Of a DNA stretch of 64,000 nucleotides, positions 12,684 to 23,500 are shown piece by piece. Each line of letters opens with the position of its first letter. Position 1 is the first letter of the stretch. The position numbers and the translations under genes were made by a program. The stretch comes from Piromyces finnis finn (Eukaryota > Fungi > Neocallimastigomycota): the NCBI GenBank assembly GCA_002104945.1, contig MCFH01000055.1, positions 1-64,000 on the forward strand, in the 5' to 3' direction. The notes below the pieces were generated by a model. It did no database searches, was not told where the DNA came from, and saw only the letters and a program-made list of their open reading frames with translations.

Positions 12684-15600
12684 TTAAGAATGAACTTCGT
12701 CCCTTGAAGTTCCTAAAGATTCCTCTCTTATTGTGTAGGGATAGATGTTTTTGATATGAACGTTTCTTGCTAATAGTTTTCCGGTTTGTGGGTCTTCTAA
12801 AACGACAGTATTGTATTGTGGTTTCTTTACAACTTTGAATGGTCCATAAAAATAGGGTTGCAGTTTAGTTCTATTGATTAATTTTATCATTACGTAATCT
12901 CCTTCTTTATATTTCTTTTTAAGTGCTTTGGAAAATCCAATTCGATGTTCCCAGTATTTATTTGCGTAATCAGAGTATTCCATTGCTTCTTTTACCCATT
13001 TGTAGTGTCTTAAAAATCTTCTAAAATTGTACTCTTCTTCAGTTTCTTGTGGTTCTTTATATAAGTCTGGAAACATAATTTCCATAGGCCACGTATCTCG
13101 TCTTCCATATAATAATTCGAAGCTACTAAACTTTGTTTTAGTGCTTTTTGTGGTTCTTAGTGCCCATAATACTGATGGTAGGCACTCATCCCAATCCTGT
13201 TCATCTTCTATTAACATTCTTAATATCTTACCTATTTCCCGATTGCGATTTTCTATCATTCCATTTGAAGGTGGGTGATGTGGTGATACATAGTGCACCC
13301 ATGATCCGTATAAATCTATCATCATCTTAGTTACGTCCGAAATAAAAGAACTTCCATTATCAGTTATTATTAATTCTGGTGGACCATGTCGAGATATTAC
13401 TTCTGTTAAAAATTTAATAATTTCTTCTGATTTAGTATTTTGGATTGCTTTGGCTTCAGGCCATTTTGTGAAATAATCTACTAAAGTTATTATGTAACTA
13501 TTACCTGATCTGGTAGTTGGAAGTGGACCGATTATATCTAGTCCAACTCTTGTAAATGGTTTTTCCACTGGTGTGATATGGTCTTCTGTATATTTTGGTT
13601 GTGGTTTTGGTCTGAAGAGTTGACATTTCTTGCATGATTTTATCCACATTTTTACATCGTTCCATATTCCAGGCCAATAATACGAATCCATAATTCTTCT
13701 AGTAGTTTTATCTGAACCTTCATGTCCTATGTTGTGTGCTCTGTTTATAATGTCTTTTTTATCACTCTCATTCTGTATAACTTTCAAAAACTTATCGTCT
13801 TTTACAAAATATAATGTATTGTCTAAAACTTTATAATTTTTATTAAAATATTTAATTATACCTTCTGGGATATCTAAATCTTTTGGATTAATGTCATTCA
13901 AGATAGCGTTGATACTATTTATAATACCTTCATTTCCTTTTGATGGTAGTCTTGATAAGGCATCTGCAAATACATTTCTTTTTCCTTTTTCGTATTTTAT
14001 TGAAATATTGTATTTATTTATTTCTTCTATCCATCTTGCAATTCTTCCTTTAGTTGGTACATTTTTGTTGAAAAATCCAATTAATGGTTTGTGGTCAGTG
14101 ATGAAAATGGTTTCATTTTTATTACTAATAATATATGGACTAAACTTTTTTAAACAGTAAATTAAAGCTAAACCTTCTAATTCTGTTACTGAATAATTTT
14201 CTTCACATTGCTTTAAAGACCTGCTTACACAATAAATTGGATGTTCCAATTTATCTTCCTCCATTTGCAAAAGAACACCCCCGATACCTTTAGTTGAAGC
14301 GTCTGTTCTGACTATAAAATGTTTATTGAAATCTGGATAAATTAAAATAGGATCCACTAATAGGCAGTGTCTTAAATCTTCAAATGCGTTGTTACATTCT
14401 TCTGTCCATATGTAATCTACATTTTTCTTGAGGAGTTTAAATAGAGGACTGGCTCTTATTGAAAAGTTTTTAATGAATTTTCTATAGTAGCTAACAATAC
14501 CTAAGAAGGATCTAAGTTCTGAGATGTTTCTTGGTTTTTCCCATAGGGCAATACTTTGGACTTTGGATGGCGATGTTTTCAAACCTTCTGAAGTTAATAC
14601 ATGACCTAATACTTCTACTTTATCTTTAAAAAAATGACACTTTTGAAGGTTAATAGATAAATTATATGTAGAAAATATTTCGAATACCTGTTTTAAATGA
14701 CAAATGTGTTCTTTTAGATTTTTGGAATATATTACTATATCATCAATATAAACAAATAAACATTTGCCAATTAAGGGCAAAAGTATTCTGTTCATTTCTC
14801 TTTGGAATGATGCCGGTGCATTGGTTAGACCAAAGGGCATCACTAAGAAATTGTAGTTCCCGAATTTAGTTGTGAAGGCTGTTTTCTCGATGTCTTCCTT
14901 ATTCATAGGTATTTGATGATACCCTGAAAATAGATCTAATGCAGAGAATATTTTCGCACCTTTTACTGAAGAGACAAGTTCATCTATAAATGGGAGTGCA
15001 TAGGAATCTTTTATGGTAATGTTGTTTAGTTTCCTGTAATCTATGCACATTCTCCATTTTCCATTCTTTTTCTTAACTAGTAGAACTGGAAATGACCATG
15101 GCGAGTGCGATGGCTCAATTAGTCCTTTGTCTAATAAAGATATTATTTCCTTTTTCAATATATCTGAATGATCTTTCGAAAGTTTATATGGCTTTAATTT
15201 TATAGGTTTGTTCGAAGTGGTGGTAATAGTGTGTGGTTCCAGTTTTGCGGTTGTTAATTGAGATAATGAAGTCGCCATACAGTTTTGATTATTTATGATA
15301 AGTTCTTTGAATTCTTTCCGCACTGTGTCAGGTACGTTTTCAATTATTTCTTGTACTGTTTGTTGAAATTCTTTTTCTTCTTCTTTCGTTATTATTACCG
15401 AATTTAATAGTGGTGTATTTTGTCTGTTATTTATTATATTTGTTATCTTTATTAAGCCTTCTTCACTCTTTTTATAGATTGCATCATCATCAGGGTCTAT
15501 TAATAATCTATATTTCTTTTGAATGGTTCTTCCAATGATTATTTCATAAAAGGTATTATAATAATCAATAATATAAAAATTCTCTTTGATATTTAAATTA

Positions 15601-16568
15601 TTATCTATATTTATTTTTAATGGTATATATTTATTTGTAAAAATTATAGTTCCATCGGCTAGTTTTATTGTTAATTCTTCTTCTGTACTACAGATGTTTG
15701 TATTTTTAATTTTACTTAATCCTTCTTTTGTAATAATATTTACATTAGCACCAGTATCAAATAGTATTTTAAATGGTACGTTATAGATTTCACCTATAAT
15801 TATTGGAATATTAGTACTGGTGATATTACAAATAATTCTTTCTACTCTTGGTTTTAGTCCTATTTCTAATTCTTTTCTAATTGCTGGGCTTGCTGCTAAT
15901 AATTGTGATAAACTTATTTTTGGAAATAAGTTATCAGCTTCCTTTAATATATTGAACTTTTGATCTTTATTAAGCATTTGGATTTCCGTCATATTCCTCT
16001 TAGTTATCATTTTTTTACTATTATTTTCCATATTATTTGATGTTTCCTTAATAGTTTCTTTTTGTTTAATAGTTTTTGAAGTTTCTTCTATTGTATTAAT
16101 CTTTGTATTTCCATTACTTTCATTATTTTCCTCGTTTCTGTTAATGTTTTCTTTATTGCCTCCATTATTTTTATTATTTTCCTCAGTTATTTTATTTTCC
16201 TTAGTTTTGTTAGTCTTATTATTTTTGTTATCATTTTCTTCTCTGCTTTCTTCATCATAGCTTATTTCATTTTGGTTATCATTATTGTATTTATTATTTT
16301 CACTTTCTTCTTCTGAGTCGATATCCATTATTCTTCTTCTTCTATCTCTAATTTCTTTCTTCTTTTGCTTTAATATATTAATTTTGGGTTGGTTCAAAAT
16401 GGAAGGTTTTATTATTGATTTATTAGTATTACTTATTTTATTTTTATCTAATAGTTTTGTAGATGTGTTTTTATTTTTGTGAAGCACATTTATTGTATTT
16501 AGATTTTGATTTGGACATGCAATTTTGTTTATATAGGGAGATTGCATACTCCCATCAATTAGTTTAAA
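12684..16568 (-). CDS. pol: Pol of element B (PR-RT-RH-IN)
   Basis: LFDTGA, YIDDIV, TDAS and integrase zinc finger/DDE/GPF motifs. The -1 frame starts at the TTTAAAC site (FKLIDGS-MQSPY). Confidence 0.95.
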   Translation of the reverse strand, partial: FKLIDGSMQSPYINKIACPNQNLNTINVLHKNKNTSTKLLDKNKISNTNKSIIKPSILNQPKINILKQKKKEIRDRRRRIMDIDSEEESENNKYNNDNQNEISYDEESREENDNKNNKTNKTKENKITEENNKNNGGNKENINRNEENNESNGNTKINTIEETSKTIKQKETIKETSNNMENNSKKMITKRNMTEIQMLNKDQKFNILKEADNLFPKISLSQLLAASPAIRKELEIGLKPRVERIICNITSTNIPIIIGEIYNVPFKILFDTGANVNIITKEGLSKIKNTNICSTEEELTIKLADGTIIFTNKYIPLKINIDNNLNIKENFYIIDYYNTFYEIIIGRTIQKKYRLLIDPDDDAIYKKSEEGLIKITNIINNRQNTPLLNSVIITKEEEKEFQQTVQEIIENVPDTVRKEFKELIINNQNCMATSLSQLTTAKLEPHTITTTSNKPIKLKPYKLSKDHSDILKKEIISLLDKGLIEPSHSPWSFPVLLVKKKNGKWRMCIDYRKLNNITIKDSYALPFIDELVSSVKGAKIFSALDLFSGYHQIPMNKEDIEKTAFTTKFGNYNFLVMPFGLTNAPASFQREMNRILLPLIGKCLFVYIDDIVIYSKNLKEHICHLKQVFEIFSTYNLSINLQKCHFFKDKVEVLGHVLTSEGLKTSPSKVQSIALWEKPRNISELRSFLGIVSYYRKFIKNFSIRASPLFKLLKKNVDYIWTEECNNAFEDLRHCLLVDPILIYPDFNKHFIVRTDASTKGIGGVLLQMEEDKLEHPIYCVSRSLKQCEENYSVTELEGLALIYCLKKFSPYIISNKNETIFITDHKPLIGFFNKNVPTKGRIARWIEEINKYNISIKYEKGKRNVFADALSRLPSKGNEGIINSINAILNDINPKDLDIPEGIIKYFNKNYKVLDNTLYFVKDDKFLKVIQNESDKKDIINRAHNIGHEGSDKTTRRIMDSYYWPGIWNDVKMWIKSCKKCQLFRPKPQPKYTEDHITPVEKPFTRVGLDIIGPLPTTRSGNSYIITLVDYFTKWPEAKAIQNTKSEEIIKFLTEVISRHGPPELIITDNGSSFISDVTKMMIDLYGSWVHYVSPHHPPSNGMIENRNREIGKILRMLIEDEQDWDECLPSVLWALRTTKSTKTKFSSFELLYGRRDTWPMEIMFPDLYKEPQETEEEYNFRRFLRHYKWVKEAMEYSDYANKYWEHRIGFSKALKKKYKEGDYVMIKLINRTKLQPYFYGPFKVVKKPQYNTVVLEDPQTGKLLARNVHIKNIYPYTIREESLGTSRDEVHS
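16517..16568 (-). promoter_or_regulatory. -1 frameshift signal (U UUA AAC plus pseudoknot), element B
   Basis: TTTAAAC TAATTGAT GGGAG TATGCAAT CTCCC ... ATTGCAT; the loop pairs 7 bp with the downstream sequence. Confidence 0.85.
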
Positions 16569-17706
16569 TAATTTTCTTCATCATAACTTTCAGGACATTC
16601 GAAGTCTTGATGACGATACGTAAGCAATTTGCACAGAAGTTTATCTTAAGTTCTGACAATTTTTGCGTTAACTTTTGAATTTCATCATTGTTGTCAGTAT
16701 TATTTTTAAAGATATTTCTTCTTTCTTCCAATCTGTTATTAGACTGGTTTCTATTATAATAGTTACTTCTTTGTTCATTATTAATTATCTTATTATTATA
16801 ATTATTATTTAAATTATCATTGTTGTTGTTATTCTGATAATAATTATTATAACCGTTTTTATTGTTAGGGTAATCATAATTTGGTGCATTATTATAAATT
16901 CTGTAATTTGGATTATTATTTGAATTATTGAAGTTAGAGGCATATCTGTTACTATTATTATAATTTCTATATGTATTGTAATTATTATTGTGCATCTTCT
17001 TAATTTTATCATTGTTTCCACTTGTATTTGGTAATAGATAAGATGTACTAACTTTATTCTTTGTGTTGTACATAATTTCACTATGATCTGTATTTTCTTG
17101 AAATTTATTAAACTTATTTAATTTATTGTATTTTTCTTTGTTTATTCCAGAGGGTATTGCCTTTCCTTTATTTTCTTTCATTAGGTTCATTATCTTCTCT
17201 TTCTTCGAAGTTATCTTCATGGCGTCTTCTAGGGTTGTTGGTTCTTCTTCCATAAGATTTTCATATATTTTTTCCCAGTTCCTGAAAGCATTAATATAAT
17301 AAGACGTTATAATTAATTCTGATAATGTGACGGTTTTATTTATTTGATTTAATAATTCCGTGAATCTTAAATCAAATTCAGAGATACTTTCATCTTTTTT
17401 TATTGTAATAGAAGAAAGTTCTAAGATTTTTGAATTCTTGGAGGATGTTTTCTTGTAATGTTTACTGAGATTCTTTAAAATTGTCTCATAGTTATCTGGA
17501 CTGCTTTTGTTTAAGGAATTATATACAATTGTTCTGGCCACATTCGCAGTTATTGCTAGTAAATAATCAATTTTTTCTGCTTCTTCAATGATTTTGAATG
17601 TAGAACACCAATGGTCAAAGGAGAATTTCCATGAGTCAAAAGATATATTTGATTCGCCTAATATAGGTAATCTATTGAAAGTAATAATTTTTGTCTGGTT
17701 GTCCAT
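16559..17706 (-). pseudogene. gag: Gag of element B with a 1-nt deletion in the zinc knuckle
   Basis: Restoring one G (ATC G[G]T CAT, about 16615) gives CANCLRIGHQDFECPESYDEENYLN*, colinear with gag A. Could be a true mutation or an assembly indel. Confidence 0.8.
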
Positions 17707-20572
17707 TTTCTGTACTATTATTATGTTATTTCTTATATTTTATATTTAAATAATTTCCTATTTTATTAATTATTATTATTTCTTATTTTTGTTTATTAAT
17801 TAATTATTGTTGATATTATTGATAATAATTATTGTCTATACTATTATTAAATGATAAATTTTTATTATAATTTATTATTATTATCTTAGAATATAAACGT
17901 CAAATATTTATATTTTCAATATTATTACTAATTATTAATTATTAATTATTTTTTTTTTTTTTGTTATTTATCCTTTTATATTTATTATTATTATTATTAT
18001 TCAATATTTAGTAACTGTTTGTGATATGTTATTTATTAGTGTCTTAACTATTTTATTTATAATTATATAATTTCAGTTTATATATATATATTTTATATTT
18101 TCTATTATTTTAATATATCTTGCATAATATAATTTATTTTATTGTTAATTTTTTTTAATTTAATTATTATATCAAATCACGTAACAATTTATATATTTAA
18201 AATATTATTTATTATTATTTGTATATTTTATATTTCAATTGTTCAATTAATGTATACAAATCACTTATATAAATGTATTTATATAATTCCATATATTTTA
18301 TTATAATTGTTATTAAATATTATTATTCACTATTAATATATATTTTATTCAATAACATATTTCTTTTTATTTCTTTTACTATTAATTATTTTTTTTATCA
18401 CATATATATTTTATTATTTTAACGTGTAATTATTGAATTTTTATGTTAAATTTATTTATTAATTATATAATTTAATTTATTTTTCAATTTTTAATTTTAT
18501 GTTGCATTTTTATATATATATATATATAAATTTATAAAGTAAATATTAATACTTAGCTTCACCGGCCTTTTGAGGATTCTCCACCAAATTTGATAAGCGT
18601 TTAATATTATCTTAATTTATAATTGATTAATTATAAAAGTGATAATATTCTTATCAATTAATTAATAAGAGAAAAGTGTTTAAAATTAATTTTTATTATA
18701 GAATTATTTGAGATATTCTAATTAAACATAACAATTATTAACAAAAATATAAAAGTTATGTTTTAAAACACAATTTTAAAATATATTTTTGAATCAACTT
18801 TTTATTTAATAAATTTATTAAAAGTATTGATTGATTTTTAAATTAGGAAATAATTACATGTATTTATAATTTTCTTTCTGTTTTAACTTTTTAAAATAAA
18901 ATATTAATATGTTTTAAAATAATAATGAATAATAAATAAAAGAAACAATTTATTTTAAAGTAATTAATTTAATTAATATAACACTATTTTACTATTTAAA
19001 ATGTTATTTATACTATGTTTATTTTATAACAAAAATATAATTTAAACTGAGTTTTAATAAATAATTTTTATACTTTAAATTAAACATTTAAATATTATTA
19101 TTATTTATTATTTATTTTTAAGTTGTTTTGAGGGTTAGTTTATATCAATATTATAATTTCATATTTATTAATTCCAATTTATATAAAGATGCTACGGTTC
19201 AAATAAGATATCACAAAACACTTGAATAGTTATAAAAATAAAAATTTATTTAATTTTAATTTTTATTCATTTAATTTATTTTTGATTTTTCAATTTTTTA
19301 AAATTTTTCTCAAAAATCCTCGTACTTTTTCCAACTATCCATTATTTGAAATTTAATGGTTTTGGATAGCTAAGGATTTAAATTGATTTCATTCATAATA
19401 TATGGATCATTCACTGTAACATATATTAATTAAATCCTTAATATATATTATGAATAATCTCTTAATATTTGAATAGAAAAATTTTTAATTTATAATTAAT
19501 AAATTTTTAATTTATGATATGTGTAACATTTTTGCATATCATATATTATATATTTAATTATGACATATAATAAAATTATATTATTCAATTAATTATGCCC
19601 TTTTTTAGACATAAATAATAATTTTTCTGTCGAGGTATCTTCTGTTTTGTGTGTAACAGTTGCCTCTTTTAGTAAAAATTATAATTAAATTCTATGTCAT
19701 AATTTCAAATTATAAAATATTATACAATAAAGTTAATTAATAAAATAAACCTTAAATAATAATAAAATACCTATAACTATTTTAATAATAAAATTTTGTA
19801 AAATTTTATAAGTATAAAATATTATAAGTAATTATACTAATACTAATAATAAAGGTCTTAAATAACTATATACAAATAATATAACTATATAATAAAAATA
19901 TTAATAATTACTAGAAAAATGTATAAAAATTATATATTATAATTTTTATATTTTAAAAATAGAGTTAAACACTAGTAAGGAATATAAATAGTTGAAGGTT
20001 AAATCCTAAAATTCTAGCTAATTCAACTATTTATGTTCATTCCTTAACAAAGAAAGATGTAAAAGGTTTTTATATATGTTAGTTAATAAGTTAAATATAA
20101 CAAGTTAATTAAGTTAGTTATTACCTCTCTATACGAGTTAATAACTAAATAAAGTTTTATAAAAAATAATAAAAGAACTAAAATAAATATTATAACACAA
20201 AAATAAATATAATACAATAAATATTAATATGAAATATTATTTACTTAAATAATTATTATAATTATTATCTTTTATTTATTAGTTATAATTATATACATTA
20301 ATTATTATTATAGCTATTAATTTACTTTAATACTAACGCTAAAGTATTTAACGTTAGTTTTGACTATACTATTTAACTATATGAGTTTATTTTCTTTACC
20401 ACTTGATTGGGTAAAGCAAATAGACTTCCTATTTAATTAATAACCATTAATATATGGTTATGCATATATTTGGCCAATAAATGGTGACCAGAATATATGG
20501 TTTCAATTGAAATATTTGTGGGCAAACTTATGGCCACAAATATTTCTTACAATGCCCCCCTAAGGAGAAAAC

Positions 20573-23500
20573 CTAGGCAGGGTTTTGGACACTAACCATG
20601 AATTCCTGGTAGCATTTATCTTGAAATTCCTTGAGTAGCTTATCATAGTGGGAGTTCTTGTCAACGATATCAGCATCAACCCACTCTTGTCTAAAGTCAC
20701 TAAAGGTAGCTAAGTATTGGTAGTTATCCTTCTTTCTTCTGGCATTCATGATTTTGATAATTTTCTGGTAGCCCACTGGTGCAGGTGTTAGTTCTTCAGG
20801 TTTGTTATGGTAGGGTTCAAGTTCACTGATATGAAACACTGGGTAGACATTGGGGAAAGGTGACTTGCTGATATCCAACCGGTAGTTAAGCTTGCTTTCA
20901 TCAATTCCAATAACCTTGAAGGGACCGTACTTTCTTGCTTGTAGCTTGTAGAAGGGAAGAGGGTTGTAATTTTCTGGTTTTCTTAACCACACCAAATCCA
21001 GGAGCCTAATTTTAGGGTAGTTAAGTTCTCTTCTATGGTCCAAGTGGTCTAAGAACCGTGTTCTTGATATGTCCAGCATGTGCTTTAAGTTACCTAAGTT
21101 GTGAGCGAAGCTATCTAATATAGGAGCTTCACCAAGTGAGTGGACAAGTTCTGAGTCTTGAGGGTTCATATGTACCTGGTAGTTATACAAGGCTAGGAAT
21201 GGGGACTGCTTAGTAGAACTGTGTACTGCATTATTATAGCAGAACTCAGCTAAGTACAAGTACTTCAACCATTCGTCGTCATCAAAGGTCTTCACAAAGC
21301 ATCTAAGGTACATACTTACGTAGGAGTTATTGCGTTCTACCTGACCAACTGTTTCATGATGGCCAGTAGTAGCAAGGTTTACTTCTACGCCAAAGAACCC
21401 CATAATGTCCTTCCACAACTTACTAGTGAACTGGACACCACGATCCGTAGTAACCGATTTGGGACAACCATGTAACTTGAATACATGTTGTAAGTATGCT
21501 AAGGCTGTTTCTTTAGCAGTAGGCATACTCCTAAATCCCACTAAGTGTATCATTTTGGTTAACTTATCGCTACAAACCATGATACAACCTCTTCTAGTGA
21601 CTTCTGGGGGTTCTGAGGGACTACTACCTGGTTTTCTACGTTCCTTAATAGGTAGGTCCGTCAGGAAGTCAATTTCTACTTCTTGCCAAGGTAAGTCTGC
21701 AACTTTTACCCTAGCAGCGCTACCGTACGGCTTGTGTCTGTTGTCCTTTTGGGTACAACATATGGTACAAGCTTTAATATACCCCGCAATGTCATCCTTC
21801 ATTTTTGGCCAGTAGTAGTTTCTGGCTATCAGGTCATAAGTTTTATCTTTTCCCAGATGACCTGCTGTTTCACTATCGTGGTTAAGTTTTATGATTGTTT
21901 CCCTTAACACCTTTGGTACATATGTACGTTCTGGTGCATCCTTTCTAACAATCAACCCATTAACCATCAACCACTTCTTTTTGATGAGCTTGTGGCCTCT
22001 TTTTGCGTCAAGACCATCTCTAATTTCCCTAGCAAGCTCATCCGTGTTGTAAGCTTGTTTCAGTTCTCCCACAAAGCTTACTTCTAACACCGCATAGCAC
22101 TCTTCTTCCACGGGTGGAAATTCTTTTACCTGTTCAGGTCGAAGGAGGCTAGCTTTTTCCATCTCCAGTTGTACCTGTTCTGGAGATACCATTCTTGATA
22201 GGATATCGGCTCTACCATTCATTTTTCCTGGCCGATATATTATTTCGAAGTTGTATGCAGCAAACAGCTCTTGCCATCTTGCCTGTCTTGCTGTCAACAA
22301 CTGTGGTTTTGTGGCGAACAGGAGATTCCTATGGTCACTATATACTAGGACCTTATGTTTCGCACCCATTAACAGGTGTCGCCACTCGATGAAAGCATTC
22401 CTAATAGCCAACAACTCCTTTTCCGTAATGGAGTAGTTGATTTCTGCTTTCGTAAGTTTCTTGGAATAGTAATACACAGGGTGTAGTTCATTGTCATCGC
22501 CTAGTTGTGATAATACACCACCCACTGCGTAGTTACTAGCGTCGCACTCCACTATAAACTGACGGTCATGGTCAGGATATGCTAATACTGGTGGAGACAA
22601 CAGCATTTCTTTTAACTTCTCGAACGCCTGGATGCGTTCTTCATTCCACAGGAACTGTACCTTTTTGGACGTCATCGCATATAACGGCCTTGCTATCTTA
22701 GAGAAGTCCTTTATAAACTTCCTATAATAGTTGCAGAATCCGAGGAATGACTGTAGTTCTTTAATGTTGGTTGGTTGTGGCCAACTTGCTACAGCTTTTA
22801 ACTTTTCTGGGTCGGTTTTAATACCATATTTTCCAACTACATGACCCAGGAATGCAAGTTCTTCCTTGTGGAACTCACACTTCGCTAACTTAGCTACTAG
22901 ACGATTATCTATTAGCTTTTGTAGGACTCTTTTTACATGCCCTACATGCTCTTCAAGTGACTTGGAGTAGATGATGATATCATCCAAGTACACTTGACAG
23001 CAGTCGTTGATTTCTTCTGCCAGCACCGTATTAATGAACCCTTGGAACGTGGCAGGAGCATTAGTCAACCCAAATGGCATCACTAGATATTCATAATGCC
23101 CAAACTTGGTTGAGAATGCCGTCTTGTATTCGTCACCTTCACGAATACGCACGAGGTTGTAGGCAGACTTCAAATCCAACTTGGAGAAGATAGTCGCGCC
23201 TTTCATAGCCTCAAACACTTGACTGATGAGGGGTAAGGGGAAGGAGTTACGCACTGTTACCTTATTAAGACGCCTATAATCAGTACATAATCGTCTTTCA
23301 CCACTCTTTTTGGGCACGAATAACACAGGATAACCTGCAGGACTCTCTGATTTCCTGATGAAGCCCTTTGCCAGGTTTTCCTCAATATATTCCTTCAGTG
23401 CTTTTTCCTCTTCTGGATTGAAGGGATATATAGGCCCTTTATGAAGACTAGCATCCGGCTCCAGGTCGATCTTACAGTCGTAAGGACGGTGTTCTGGTAG

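Larger units (their letters stand above)
12075..19186 (-). mobile_element. Ty3/gypsy LTR retrotransposon B, relative of A
   Basis: 596-bp LTRs 12075-12670 and 18591-19186 differ at about 2 positions, including terminal CA to AA. PBS TGGTGGAGAATCC at 18574-18586, PPT at 12671-12688. Confidence 0.95.

Noticed and set aside
19191-19210. GGTTCAAAT next to element B as a possible tRNA target
   Set aside because: No cloverleaf or A-box could be built.
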